DNA of 64,000 bases, from positions 111,290,001-111,354,000 of the forward strand of contig NC_135881.1 of the NCBI RefSeq assembly GCF_964194155.1. The letters run 5' to 3'. The translations under genes were made by a program, and so were the position numbers. The first letter of the stretch is position 1, and every line of letters begins with the position of its first letter. Source of the DNA: Cetorhinus maximus. Lineage: Eukaryota. The notes beneath the pieces were generated by a model. It did not search any database. It was not told where the DNA came from and saw only the letters and a program-made list of their open reading frames with translations. Below are positions 1-11,486 of this stretch, piece by piece.

Positions 1-959
1 GGTGTAAGGGAATGAGTTGGGGAGGGGAAGGAGTCGGGGGGGTGCAGAGATGAAGGAGTCAGGGTGGAGGAAGGAGTAAGAGTGATGGAGGGAGTTAAGG
101 TGGAGGAGGGAGTAAGGAGGGGATGGCCAGGTGAATGTGCAGGGGAGGGTTCTATGGAGTCAATGACTGCCTCCTGGGGAGTAAACTGAGGGGGGTGTGA
201 TAGGAGAGGATGGTGAGTATGAGAGGGGGCAGAGTGAGCTGGAAGGTCAGGGTGCGACGGTAGCAGTAGAAGGGAAGGCGAGGGTGGTTGGTGGGGACTC
301 GGAGGCAGACACGGACCCTGGGGGTGCGAAGGAGGAGGTCGGGGAGGTCAAAGTGGATGGGATGGGATGCTCAGGAAGGTAGGGAATGTGAACGTTCACC
401 TGGACATCCTGGAAATAAATGGGTTTGGGTTTGTAGGTGACTGTGGGGAGGTAAAAGGTGATGCCACAGGGGTCAACAGTGATGGAGGAAGGACATGGGT
501 GATGGGTGGAGAAAGGATGGGGGGCGCTTGACTACGACCATGTTTTACAAATCGAATGTGAATGGAGCCTCATGTTGGACGGGCACAGGTTGTGATCAGT
601 GAGTGGGCGGAGATGCAGCTCAGCTCAGATGGACAACCGAAAGAGAAACCCAGCAGGCAGCATTGAAAATGTTCGGGATATTGAGATGAGTGTAATGGAG
701 GAAGGCTCTGCGTGTGTGAGAGTGTGCTTGCATGAGGCTCCGAAAGGCCCTGTCACACACATACTTCTCCCTCCAGAAATACTCATGTTCCAGCTACGTG
801 CTAGTGGGATTGGGACAGGAGAGGCGGTGGGGATGCAGTGGGAGGACTCATGAAGCATGTAAGTGAAGCTGAAAGACACCATTACACATTATTCAGTGAA
901 AGTGAAAATATTTCCAGATTATAAAGTGCCAAAATGTGTTCACCCGTACAACCAACTGT

Positions 960-3422
960 GACCAGAATTTCTTAACTTTTCTAGGCCTACCACTTCTTCT
1001 AGGTGCTGCCCTGACACCCACAGCAGGGGTGGAGACAGCCTCTGCAATGGTTGACCCTGTTGCCTCTGATGACATTGGCAAGGGGTCTCTGGAGATTCCA
1101 GGCCTTGAGGGCCCGGCTTGATTTGGATGTCCTCCTGTGGGCCGGCTGCTCCCTCTGCGGTGACAGAGGGCAAGGTTGAGGAGGTCACAGGCAATAGGGA
1201 CTCAGAGGGAGAGGACAGCCTCTGAGGTTCCTTAGTGGATGGTGCAGGGGTGTCCAACTGCCGTTCCTCCTCCCTTCGGGTGCCCGAGGACCCCAGCCTC
1301 ACTCCTTAAGGGAAAGGAGCACCTGAAGGGACATCGAGGTGCCCTGTTTCTCTCTTCTATTGCCACTGCAAGAACTCACCCATGGCTACTGAGTGCAGGT
1401 CTGCGTGCATCTCCATAGTCTGCTGGACCAGGGTCTCCATGGTATCTGCCATCCTTCCCATGAAAAACACCATGCGCGTACATGTAGGCATCACTTTTTC
1501 AGAGAGCCGGCGGATGCACTCCTCTGTCTTACCTTGTGGGCTTCCAACTGCTCTGTGTGATGTTCGACTATCTTCTGCTGACTCTCCACAATGAGTTGGA
1601 AGGCTGAATCCAGAGGCTCACCATTTGACTCGGACCTCACAGATGCCTCTTCCCCAGCAGTCCCCTGAGTGCTGGGGAGCTTGGCTGAACCTACCTCCCC
1701 CTGCTGTGGACACGTGTCTGTGCGGTGACCACCAGATTGTGAACCTAAGCCTGCTCTAGAACTAGGTTCCTCCGAGGTGTGTGTCTCTTGTCATGAAGCT
1801 ATTAATGTATATAATGTTATTGGAAAAAAAATAATAGAGCTTTAGTCTGTGTGTGTCGTAATTGGATTAAAGCCAGCTAGTCTGGGTGCTTTGATGTGTA
1901 GTAGTTTTGAGATGTAAACATAGGTAGAGATAAATTTGCATTTTGTTGAATAGAGCATTCAAGAGTGGGAGTGAAATCTTGCACCTAGCTAGCAGAGACC
2001 AAGCAATGTTTATATTACTATTAAAATTGATACAATGAAAGGAGTTCAAAGGGCCTGCTGATACAATGAGAATTTACATTCAAAGGGGAGTGCTGGGTAT
2101 AACAGAAAGGAGTTTGTGTGTGCAGAGCAGAGGCATGTAACATCAAAGCCTGTAAGCTTACAATTGCCTGCAAAGGAAGGAACCAAATTGAAAGGAACCT
2201 CATTTTGAATTTGTAAGGTGAAAATGCTTTGCCTGGTGTCAGGTTAGGACTATTGGTTATTGTTGCCTTAGTGGAGATTAATTTGGGAATTTGTTAAAAG
2301 TTATGATAGAAGTAATTTGTAGTCATGTGTATATGTTTAATTTGTTGTAAATTAATAAATGTCTGATTTAGTTTGATATAAAAAACCTCTTGAGAACTGG
2401 TGGTCTTATTCCTGAATTTATAGCTGCATACCACTTGATTATATAGGCTATGACAGTTGTTTAAAGTTTCCCTCTGGGATTTTAAATATCAGCCTTTACC
2501 AACTGCTGTGTCATAGCAATCTGCGCCAGTGGAGGGTGTGGGTAAGCGCTATGATTGATTTTCTATGCTGCTTATTTCCAACAGTTCAATGGAGGAGGTG
2601 TCCTCTTGGCTGGAGGTGAGGACCTGGATTGAATCAAGGGACTGGCTGGCTGAGGGTGTCAATTATTTGGCAGATCTCCATGTGAACCAAAATAAAGATA
2701 ATTAGTGCATGGCAGCAGAGTCAAAAGCAGGAGAGAGATACTCACAGTTGCGTTGAGAGAGGGATGATGTGGTGCAGGATCCTTATGTGGGTGTTTGCCG
2801 CCGACCTCACCGTTGCCGTTGGCACGGGACACATCCTCACCAGTCAGGCAATGGCACGCTCCTCAAGGTGAGCGAGGAGTCAAATGTAGGCCACTCCACC
2901 CCCAGTCTGGGACCTCTTCCTGCTGCTATGAGTCAGCTTCTCCTGCATGAAAACAGATGGAGAGAGTGTGAGCAAGGTGCATGGCACTGAGTGGAATGTT
3001 TGTGTGGTGAATGCAGCCATGGACAGAATAAGGGCGCAAACTCCAGAGGATATAAGGCTGATGGAGATGTGACGGTGTGTGTGAGAGTTAGCGGTGTTGT
3101 CCCTTGCGTGTGTGAGATCCCTGTAGATGTGTGATGGGTTTGGGAGTGTGTGAGTTGAGAGTGGTTGACTTACCCTGGCGGAATGGATGGCAGCATTCAT
3201 CCTGTTCCTGCACTGAATGGCTGGCCTGCTCTGTGCTCTGGTGGTACTGACCGCAGTTGCCACCACCTCCCAGGCCGGATTGTTGATTCTGGTGGACCTC
3301 CGGTGGCCAGAGTGAGTGTAGAGGACATCGTGGCGGCCTTCCACTGTGTCCAGCAGGCGTCTCAGGGAATTGTCACTAAATTTGCGACTGCCGTCTTGTT
3401 TGCTTTCAGGGTCATCTGTCAC
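960..3422 (-). pseudogene. Harbinger Myb/SANT-like DNA-binding protein gene, three exons, disrupted
   Basis: Exon 1 encodes KFSDNSLRRLLDTVEGRHDVLY...AWEVVATAVS...QCRNRMN. GTAAGT donor near 3170; exon 2 encodes EKLTHSSRKRSQTGGG. Stops and frameshifts present, and a solo LTR sits in exon 3. Confidence 0.85.
1789..2518 (+). mobile_element. Solo LTR
   Basis: TGTCATGA...TCATAGCA termini; 4-bp TSD CTCT/ATCT; AATAAA near 2355. The flanks rejoin to the uninterrupted paralogue at about 51690-51720. Confidence 0.8.
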
Positions 3423-3829
3423 CTGGAGCAGTCCTGGTCTGTAGACATGAAGTACACACGCTGTCTGGTGTACTTCAAAGATAGGACCCAGAGCGAGGAA
3501 ACATTAAGGTCATGGCATGGTGGGCAAATCCAAGCCCACCTGCCAGCAATCCGGTGTGTTTCCCATAAATGCATAACTAATTAGGCGGAACACACCAGGA
3601 ATGGGACAATATGGTGCAAAAAGCCATCATTGCGGCCACCAGGTAAAACGTCCTTTTTCCTGCCCGCTACTGCACTTTGTGCAAACCTGGAATGATTCCA
3701 ACCATACCTTGACAAATACCTTGATATAATAAAACCATGAAACATTTTTATTGTGGGTTAAAGCTGCTCTACCTTTCCTGGTTTTGAACAGAAAAACATG
3801 CTACAGCGTTAAGAATTAAGAAAATTGGG

Positions 3830-4490
3830 GGCAACAGCACCTCGGCCATTCCCAGGAGCCCCGATATGATTCTACGCCCATCAAGCAATTAACTGCTTGG
3901 CATTGGGACTTCCATCCCTTTAATGGGGAAGTTCCTGTCTCCAAGAGCTGCTAGCCAATCAAATAGTCAGTGGCTTTTCAGTTGCAGCAACGCTACTGGG
4001 TGTGGTGTCCATTGCCAGTACTGCAACAAGTCAGGCACAGCATAGAGCAGGCTGCCCTGAAACAGAGGTGAGCAGGTTCTGCTGAGGCCCCAGCAAGAGG
4101 GTGGGGAGTCATTGCTAAGGGAAGGGGGAGATGCTTCAGTGAGCGAGTGGGGCATTGCCACCAGGGATGGCCCTCAGTGGGGCACATGGTGCCCAATCAG
4201 AAGAGCCTTCCCCAAAGCTTGCAAGGAGGCTGCCAGCTTTAACTTGGAGGCCACCCCATTTGACAGAGTGCCCCCATGACATTGGTGCTGGAAAAAGGCT
4301 CTTGAGTGGCCATTAATTGGCCACTCAAGGACTTTAATTGGTCTCTGGACGAGAAGGCTGTCCTCGACCTCCGCTACCTCTGACAGGGAGTCAGGAAGGA
4401 CAAGTACACTCCACCCCATCACCTTCCCTCCCAATCCTGCTGCACCCTCAGCCTTCCAGCCTGCCCCCGTGGGCCAGATCAAATTCCCCC
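3830..4490. mobile_element. Harbinger-type MITE-like fragment
   Basis: Shares the GAGCTGCT(A/G)GCCAATCA motif with 9850-10485 and ends in AAATTCCCCC, resembling Harbinger TIRs. Confidence 0.5.
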
Positions 4491-4799
4491 ATCAGTTTAT
4501 TTCTTCAATCTATAACTGGAGTGAATTGTCTTATTGAATAGAAGGATGGTGCGTAGCCACTTGTACATCCACGTAAGGTTGCAAAACCTTTCATTAAACT
4601 TATGAAATCTTTTTTTCAATACTTTTTCTTAATAAGCACAGCAGAGTCATGTTGAGTTGACTAAACTTGTTTCCTCAGACCTCATGGATTCTTTACAATG
4701 TGAAGGATTACTTCACTGAAAAATAATTTCATGAAAATAACAGCCTCAATGGATTTTTCAGTCAATAAATTTCAATGTCAGAACTTATTTTGGCGGGCA

Positions 4800-6900
4800 A
4801 GGTGGAAAGGAGGAGAAATGTGAACTACCCACAGGGGCCAGAATGCCCTCCAGGCTAACTGTGTGAAGGCAGTGGAAGCAGATACCTGTGGCAGCCAATA
4901 CTAGGCATCATGCCCCGTGGGCCTAGACGTAGTGATCAATTACCTCATACAGATGGTCAAGGTCAGTATAAATGTATCTTCAAATACTACAACTCACCAG
5001 CTGAATCATCACACACTGTTCAATGCACCATACCCACATTACTCAGCTACCAATAATCTCTATCAGCCATGACTTAGAACACTCATAGCTTCACCCCATC
5101 CTCACACACTCAGCACTATTGCAAGTCTCAAACACTCATCCCACAGCTTGTACATACTGCTAGCTACTCAACCATGACAGACCCAAACAGATTGCACCAT
5201 ACTCACTGACACACTTTCCTCTCTCTTGCAGCAGAAGGTAGTGTGTAACTCAAAGGCAACAGGATCTCATCGGTGTGGGACAGCCATGACTGCATGTCCT
5301 GGTCTGCATGGTGAGACAGTTTTCCATCACTGGAGTGGCCATGGCTGAGTTCATGGCCAGTAATGGGGCTGAAAGCACTGAAGATGACACTATCCTGATA
5401 CCTAATCCTCCTTCTCACATTCCACTTTATCCTTATCCCACAGTCTCTTTTGATTTACCAGCTGCAAATGTTGTAAGTACGCACCTCTTGCTTCTCGCCA
5501 TACCCCCACCACGACTCCACCTTTGTGTCTTTCTCCTTTCAGATATTCAAGAATTGCAACCTGGCAGGCAGTATTAGAAAAGAAAGAAGTGAAAGAGCAG
5601 GAAGACAGTGATGAGGAAGAAGCTCTTACTCTCGCACTCACAGCCACCAGCTCAAATACTGACACCACACTTACTTTAGACTTTAGCTTAGAGATGAGAC
5701 CTGCACATGGTGAGACAGCAGGCATGAGTGCCCTGTAATCAGGGCCAGGAGCTAGGGCAGCACAGGTGCTAGCTCACCAGAGGGCAAGATTGCACGTGAG
5801 TGCTGTTGCAGAGGTTTCAAATAAGCAATTTGATGGCGCAGACTAGAGAAGAAGGTTGATGGCTATGCACAATGAAATGCTTGGTGCATTGGCAGGCCTG
5901 CTCAAAAACCTGCGTGCAAGATCAAGGAAAATGGAGGTGTCCAGCATCAACTTGGCACAAAGTTGTCCAGTAATGGCCAACTCTATTAACACACTTCAGA
6001 ACACAACCAGGATGTAGTGTCTGATACTTGATGTTTCAGTTCCCATTTTAGCACAAACAGAAGCCATCCAACATCTGGGTGCTGCACAGGAATCTCAGAC
6101 TGCTCTCATGCATCCTTAGTTTGTTGCCATGCAAGCTCAGACTGCAGTCATCATGGCTGAGTATGATAGTATTCAAAAGGGCTTGCAGGTTCTCATAGCA
6201 GTCCAGCACTCTGTCCTCCAAAAGATTACGAGGATTGCTGAGGAACCATCCTGGGGAGTGGCAGTGGTTCTGTATAGCACAAACCTGCTGTCCTCTCTCA
6301 GGATCTTCCTATTTGTCCTCCCATGCCTGCTACTCAGCCAGTGCCCTTGTTGTTGCCTGTCAGCCAACCACCCAGATTGCTGTTGCCGAAGGTAGTATAC
6401 TCCATAGCAAGACCTTCTACGCACAGACTGCTTGACCTTATCCTCTAGGCCATCAGCAGCCTTTCCCACTAAAAGTCAGCAGCCTGCAACCAGCCATATC
6501 TCAGCCATTCTCAGCACTGCACTGGGGTAGATAGAGGCACAAAGAAGGATACGCACAAGGATAATTAGTTGGCATTTGTATGCAATATGGCTTGGTTTGA
6601 AATATACATTTGGTTTGGAATGTTTATTTTTCGGTGGCTTTCATTTATCCATTGTGGCCAAGTGGGCACTGTGACGGCCAGAAAGAGAAGGAAAGTAAAG
6701 TGTGGAACCATTGTTGAATTGGAGTAGCGTTTGCTGGTATCACAGTCAGGTGAATTGATTATAGGGAATGCTGTCAGAATGGGGCTGTGTTGGTTGCCTT
6801 TTCCCTTCCCCATCCACCTCTGCCTTTTCCTCCTCTGCCTCTTCCTCCTCCTCTTCCTGCTTTTCAGCTGGTTGCCATATTGCTGGTGGCAATGAGGTGA
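4800..6900 (+). mobile_element. Old Harbinger remnant: degenerate Myb gene (+) with the acidic tail of a convergent transposase (-)
   Basis: TTGCAG and TTTCAG acceptors. Peptides TGVAMAEFMASNGAE and LTLALTATSSNTDT are homologous to 53633-54073. Confidence 0.65.
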
Positions 6901-7124
6901 GGGGAAATGTTCATGTGAGGGGATATTTAGAAAATTAATGTGAAAGGACAAGATAATAGTGTAGCGTAGAGATGCAGGTAGTGACAACCAGAGTGTGGCA
7001 GGGAAGGACTGCTGTGAGACCCTGCAAGCCCTTTCGAATACTGCCGTACTCAGCCACGATGTCTGCAGTCTGAGCTTGCATGGCAACAAACTAAGCATGC
7101 ATGAGAGCAGTCTGAGATTCCTGT
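6086..7124. repeat. 119-bp inverted repeat pair (6086-6204 and 7006-7124)
   Basis: Manual alignment gives 9 mismatches and no gaps. Confidence 0.9.
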
Positions 7125-7427
7125 ACAAAAACAAGAGTGCACCAGTAAATAAGATGTCATGATTGTGTTTTAAAATATACCTTCAACTTAAAGCAAAACA
7201 GATAGTACTGAAAAAGGGGGGCGGAGGTGAATTCTTCATAAACACCTCAGTTGGAGAAGTGTCCATGTGACTTCTGTTGCCAGACGGATGGGAGAGAAAC
7301 ACAAACAGAAATCCACTGAGGTGTTGGGATGTAGTTTTTAGTACCTTTTCGTAGGAGCTCACAAAACAAAGAAACATTTTTGCTGAGAGACTGCAGATGC
7401 CTTGGGACAGAGTGGGTAGACAGTGAT

Positions 7428-7800
7428 GTGGTGGCAATGTAACGGAACTAGTAATCCAAAGGCCCAGGCTAATGATTTGAACATCATGATATCTGGTGGA
7501 ATTTAACTTCAAATAATAAAATCTGGAATTGAAAGCTAGTCTCAGTAATGGTGACCATGAAACTCTTATCAATTGTCATAAATACCCATCTGGTTCACTA
7601 ATGTCCTTTAGAGAAGGAATTCTGCTGTTCTTATCTGCTCTGACGTACACGTGACTTCAGATCCACAGTAAGGTAATTGACTCATAACTCTGAAATGGCC
7701 TAGAGTGAGCCACTCAGTTCAAGGGCAATTAGGGATGAGCAAACAAATGCTAGCCTTGCTAGCAATATCCATATCCCATAAAAAGATAATTTTTTAAAAA
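7428..7800 (+). mobile_element. tRNA-derived SINE sharing its 3' tail with LINE family B
   Basis: Degenerate A-box head; core CCCATCTGGTTCACTAATGTCCTTTAG; tail TCAAGGGCAATTAGGGATG matching LINE tails at 25950, 41440 and 45460. Confidence 0.85.
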
Positions 7801-7835
7801 TCTGCATGTCCTTGTACATGAGTCACAAAAATTAG

Positions 7836-8702
7836 TTATTTGGTAGTACAGAACTTAAGTATTGCTGAAAACAGAGACATAGCTGTGTAAGCTTTTAACC
7901 TTGCACGCATCAGGATAGCTTGCCAAAATGACCGAGCTGTAATGGGGAAACGACAAATTATAATGTATGAGGAGAGAGTGCTGATTGGTTGGTGCGTGGA
8001 CTCTGATTGGTGGAAACATTGCCGTGGAAAATGCGGCATGGAGCCGTTCGCTGCCCAGCATTGTTCAAATTCAAATTGGGCTGGTTCCTTATTGGTCAAA
8101 GCATTTGCCTGGGGAATGAACTAGGGAATGACTGTTCCCTAAGCTTTTGTTTAGATGAAAAAGTTGCAAAGTGTGGACACGTTCCTTCTGTCTGGAAAGG
8201 ACAGGGCCCTGTGTGTGAATACATGTGGCTTCTAGCATGCGTAAATGAGCCATACTGTGAGCCTGACTGAAAATCATAAATTGGTTTTCAGTGTAATTCT
8301 TAATGGATTATTTAGCAGGTGTTATCCAATTGCAGAATGACCTCTGATGTTGGACATTATATTTTGAGTTTTACAAGCACGGGGTAGTTGGATATGATCA
8401 GTACTTTGCCTGTTGTGAACAGCTGAGGTGACATGCTGTTTGAAACGACCCACCAATTGTTGGGACATACGACCTATATATTCAGATTACCCTGGAAGGA
8501 TAAGGTGTCACAAAAGGTTGAGAAACAGTTGAAGCTAGCCATTATACACTGTTACTATGCAGTAGCAACATGAGTGATATTCTCCACTAACAGGCTGCTA
8601 CCAACAAGCCAAAAAGATTTTCTGCCTTACACACAAATCTAGTATACGAATTTCAGTGCTGGTGTGATGCCAGGTATATAGACCATACGTCCCAAAGATT
8701 GA
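7836..8702 (-). mobile_element. Penelope-like element 3' part (GIY-YIG endonuclease) with 5' inversion
   Basis: + strand 8470-8702 encodes FRLPWK...VYEFQCWCDARYIDHTSQRL. Minus strand 8470-8090 continues SQQLVGRFKQHV...SAIG*HL...LRMLEATCIHTQGPVL. Confidence 0.8.
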
Positions 8703-8709
8703 CAGTTTT

Positions 8710-9480
8710 TACCCAGCTCCTGGTGTGTTGTGGTGACTCAAATTCAGATGGTAGAGCTGACTGCTATAGAATGAAGGCATCATGACTGTAGCTAGAATAC
8801 TAAATGTATCTACATGATACACTATCGTGACTAGCACAGTCACACACCATCTGGATGTTGAAGGGCTGGAATCCCTTTCAGTTGCGATGTATCTCAGACT
8901 TGAAATGTGGCACCAGCAAAGTGATATGCATGCATTGAATGACAGCCTAAACTGGGGGAAGCCTGCAATCCTGACAAGACACTGTACTCACTTGATCTGA
9001 TTATCTCTGGCAAGTCAAAATGAAAATTGTTGAGCTCTTTTGGAATACAGACTGTCAATGACCTCCCTTATGCAGACTGCACAATGCTACACTGGGAGAT
9101 GTTGCAAATATTGCCTGCTCCAGCCTGGAAGGAGCATGATATATAAAAGTCCATGACTATGGTCACCTGCACAGCCACTGGCAGTGCTAACCTCGCCTTG
9201 CTCTGAGGTTGCAGTTGTGAATGCAGCATGTGGTGGAATTCAGTGAAGCAGTGAAGTCTCATTCACTGTTCCTTACTGAGGTTCAAATGGGAGAATTGCT
9301 CCCTGAATGCCTGGACTTAAAGCCTCCTGTTGATAGCCTTATCCTCCCTCCTCCTCCTCACTCTTCTAGCAGCTTCCCCTGCTCTGTGTCACCTTTGTTC
9401 ATTCTCTCTGTTATGCTGCAGTCCAAGGCAGATACAATTACTGCATCCATGTCTGGGAGCAAGTGCTTTGTGAAGAATCA
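8710..9480 (-). pseudogene. Harbinger (HARBI1-like) transposase remnant
   Basis: Peptides ALPVAVQVTIVMDFYISCSFQAGAGNICNISQ, RIAGFP and KGFQPFNIQMVCD. Confidence 0.8.
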
Positions 9481-9849
9481 TTGAAGTCAGGATAAGTCCT
9501 ACTTTACACAACTTCAGCAAATTTAAACAACTCTGGAAACCACCAACCACATCCACAATCGCAGAAAGAGCCAATAGAAATCAATCAGCAACTGACCTGA
9601 AAGTTGTTGATGATCCCTTTAATCAGTGCTAATGCAGGAAGGTCCTTCCAGCTGCTGAATGATGCATGGTCAGCTGTACAAGGTTAACTGATGGCATTAG
9701 CTGCAGCATGTGTGGGCATCAAATCAGCATTTCATGCTTATCGAGTTCACCATGTGCCTCTACTCTGCACATTTCCAGTGTGCCCTGACTGTGCACACGT
9801 TAAAGCCCTCACCAAAATGGTGTCTGATGTGGGGGGAGTGTGAACTGAA

Positions 9850-10485
9850 GGAAAGGGATTTCCTCCAGGTTCTCGCCCGCCCCGACTATGCAGCGATTTT
9901 AAGCTGGGGCGGGCAAGACCTTGGATGGGAAGCCCACCCCGCCTCAATTTTCAGGCTGGCAGGAGGATTGAGCTGGCATGGGGGAAGGCTGAAATTAAGC
10001 AGAGTTAAATCCTGAGCGGTAAGGGATGGTGGAGTGGCGGCTCCATCATAAGACCCCTTCTGAAGTCAGGCACCACCCCCTTAAGGTCCTGTAATCTCCA
10101 GAGTTCCCTCCACCCAACCCCGACCCTGTCCTCTGCCCAAGACCCTGATCACCTCCTTTGTATCCCTCCATGGCCTTCCCTACCCTCACTGCCCTGGGAC
10201 CCCTTGAACTTACCTGAGCCTCTGTTCCCTAGCCTTAAGTTCTGACGTCCTCCTGAAGTTCCCCTTCTGTCCACTGCAGTGCTGTCACTGCAGGGACTGG
10301 AGAGCTGCTGGCCAATCAGAGCAGCTGGCAGCTCTCTAAGGTGGGGTTTCCTCCAGAGTGAGGGGCAAAAGTCCCGCCTGCAACCACTTAATGCTCATTG
10401 AAGCATGAAATAGCTGTGGGGCACTCGGAGTCGGCGGAGAGGGATGGCGGGGAGGGAAACACCACCATCCAAAAAATTCAGGCCA
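9850..10485. mobile_element. Harbinger-type MITE
   Basis: Right end AAAATTCAGGCC resembles Harbinger TIRs; shares an internal motif with 3830-4490. Confidence 0.55.
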
Positions 10486-10714
10486 GAATTTCACAGCCAA
10501 AGTCATCCTGTTAGTGTTTTCCTTAGCAACAGCTGGAGGAACCAGACCACGGAAAAGCATTAATACTAAGTATGTCATTACATGCCCCGAGGAATTATTA
10601 TATTCTTGATCCTAAAAAGATGTTGCTGTTGCTTCATAATCAATGAATAATTTGAACATCAAAACAGTAGATATGTGATTTGAGAGATTAAAATTTAATT
10701 CTGTTTTAAAATAG

Positions 10715-10960
10715 AGACATAGAAGCATATCTGGCACAGGAAGAGCCTGTTTGGCCTATCGTGTGTTGGCTGAAAAAGTGCTATCCAGCTTAATGCCACT
10801 TTCCAGCTCTGGACGTCTAGCCCTGTAGATTACAGCATTTCAGGTGAATATCCAAGTACTTTTTTTGAATGCAATGAGGGTTTGTGCCTCTATCATCCTT
10901 CCAGGCAGTGATTTCCAAACCCCACCACCTTATGGGTGAAAAGAAAACTCACCTCAACTC
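10715..10960 (-). mobile_element. CR1 LINE 3' end fragment
   Basis: Reverse-oriented CR1 3' UTR, homologous to 16295-16550 and 39325-39500. Confidence 0.65.
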
Positions 10961-11109
10961 CATTCTAAAGCATGTTCTCGTCCTGCATGAAATATATATA
11001 TTTTTGCTTTGTTTATCTTTTTTATAGGAACTACAAACATCTGTTACATTTAGTAGACTTTGTACAAAGCTGAAACCATCACTCTCTTTAATTATAAAAG
11101 AAAAATAAA

Positions 11110-11305
11110 GAATTTGCATTTTTATAGTGCCCTCTGGAATGACATCTGGACATTCCAAGGAGCTCTATATCAAGTACCTTTTGAATAAATACAAAATACT
11201 GCAGACGTTGGAAATCTGAAATAAAACCAAAGTGCTGGAAATATTCAGCAGGTCTGGCAGCATATGTGGAGAGAGAAAGAGTTAACGTTTTGAGTCAATG
11301 AAGGT
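11110..11305 (-). repeat. L2-type tail remnant followed by a Penelope terminal-repeat fragment
   Basis: TTGCATTTTTATAGTGCC (L2-like tail), then TGCTGGAAATATTCAGCAGGTCTGGCAGCA...GTTAACGTTT, the reverse complement of the family at 21072-21211. Confidence 0.6.
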
Positions 11306-11486
11306 GAAGTGGCCTACTCCTGCTCCTTGTTCATATGTTCATATGGATAAGGCAAAAAAAATAAATGGAAATACTGCTGGAGAGAAGAGCAGAACTTCTT
11401 GAAGGTAGACATCCCTGGAAAAGGAAAATCCCTGGTCTAGTCACCGTTGTACTGTGGGAAGCCATGGTGACTAATTTGCACACAAA

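Larger units (their letters stand above)
1..3703. mobile_element. PIF/Harbinger non-autonomous element (Myb-only family); left end lies outside the window
   Basis: Myb/SANT gene on the minus strand. Right terminus GGAATGATTCCAACC ends at 3703, followed by ATA. The G-rich arm 1-880 is colinear with 50390-51270. No recognisable transposase. Confidence 0.85.

Noticed and set aside
2880-3422. Host NAIF1/MSANTD-type gene (also 58673-59203)
   Set aside because: The ORFs read through introns and are disrupted, multicopy transposon Myb genes.
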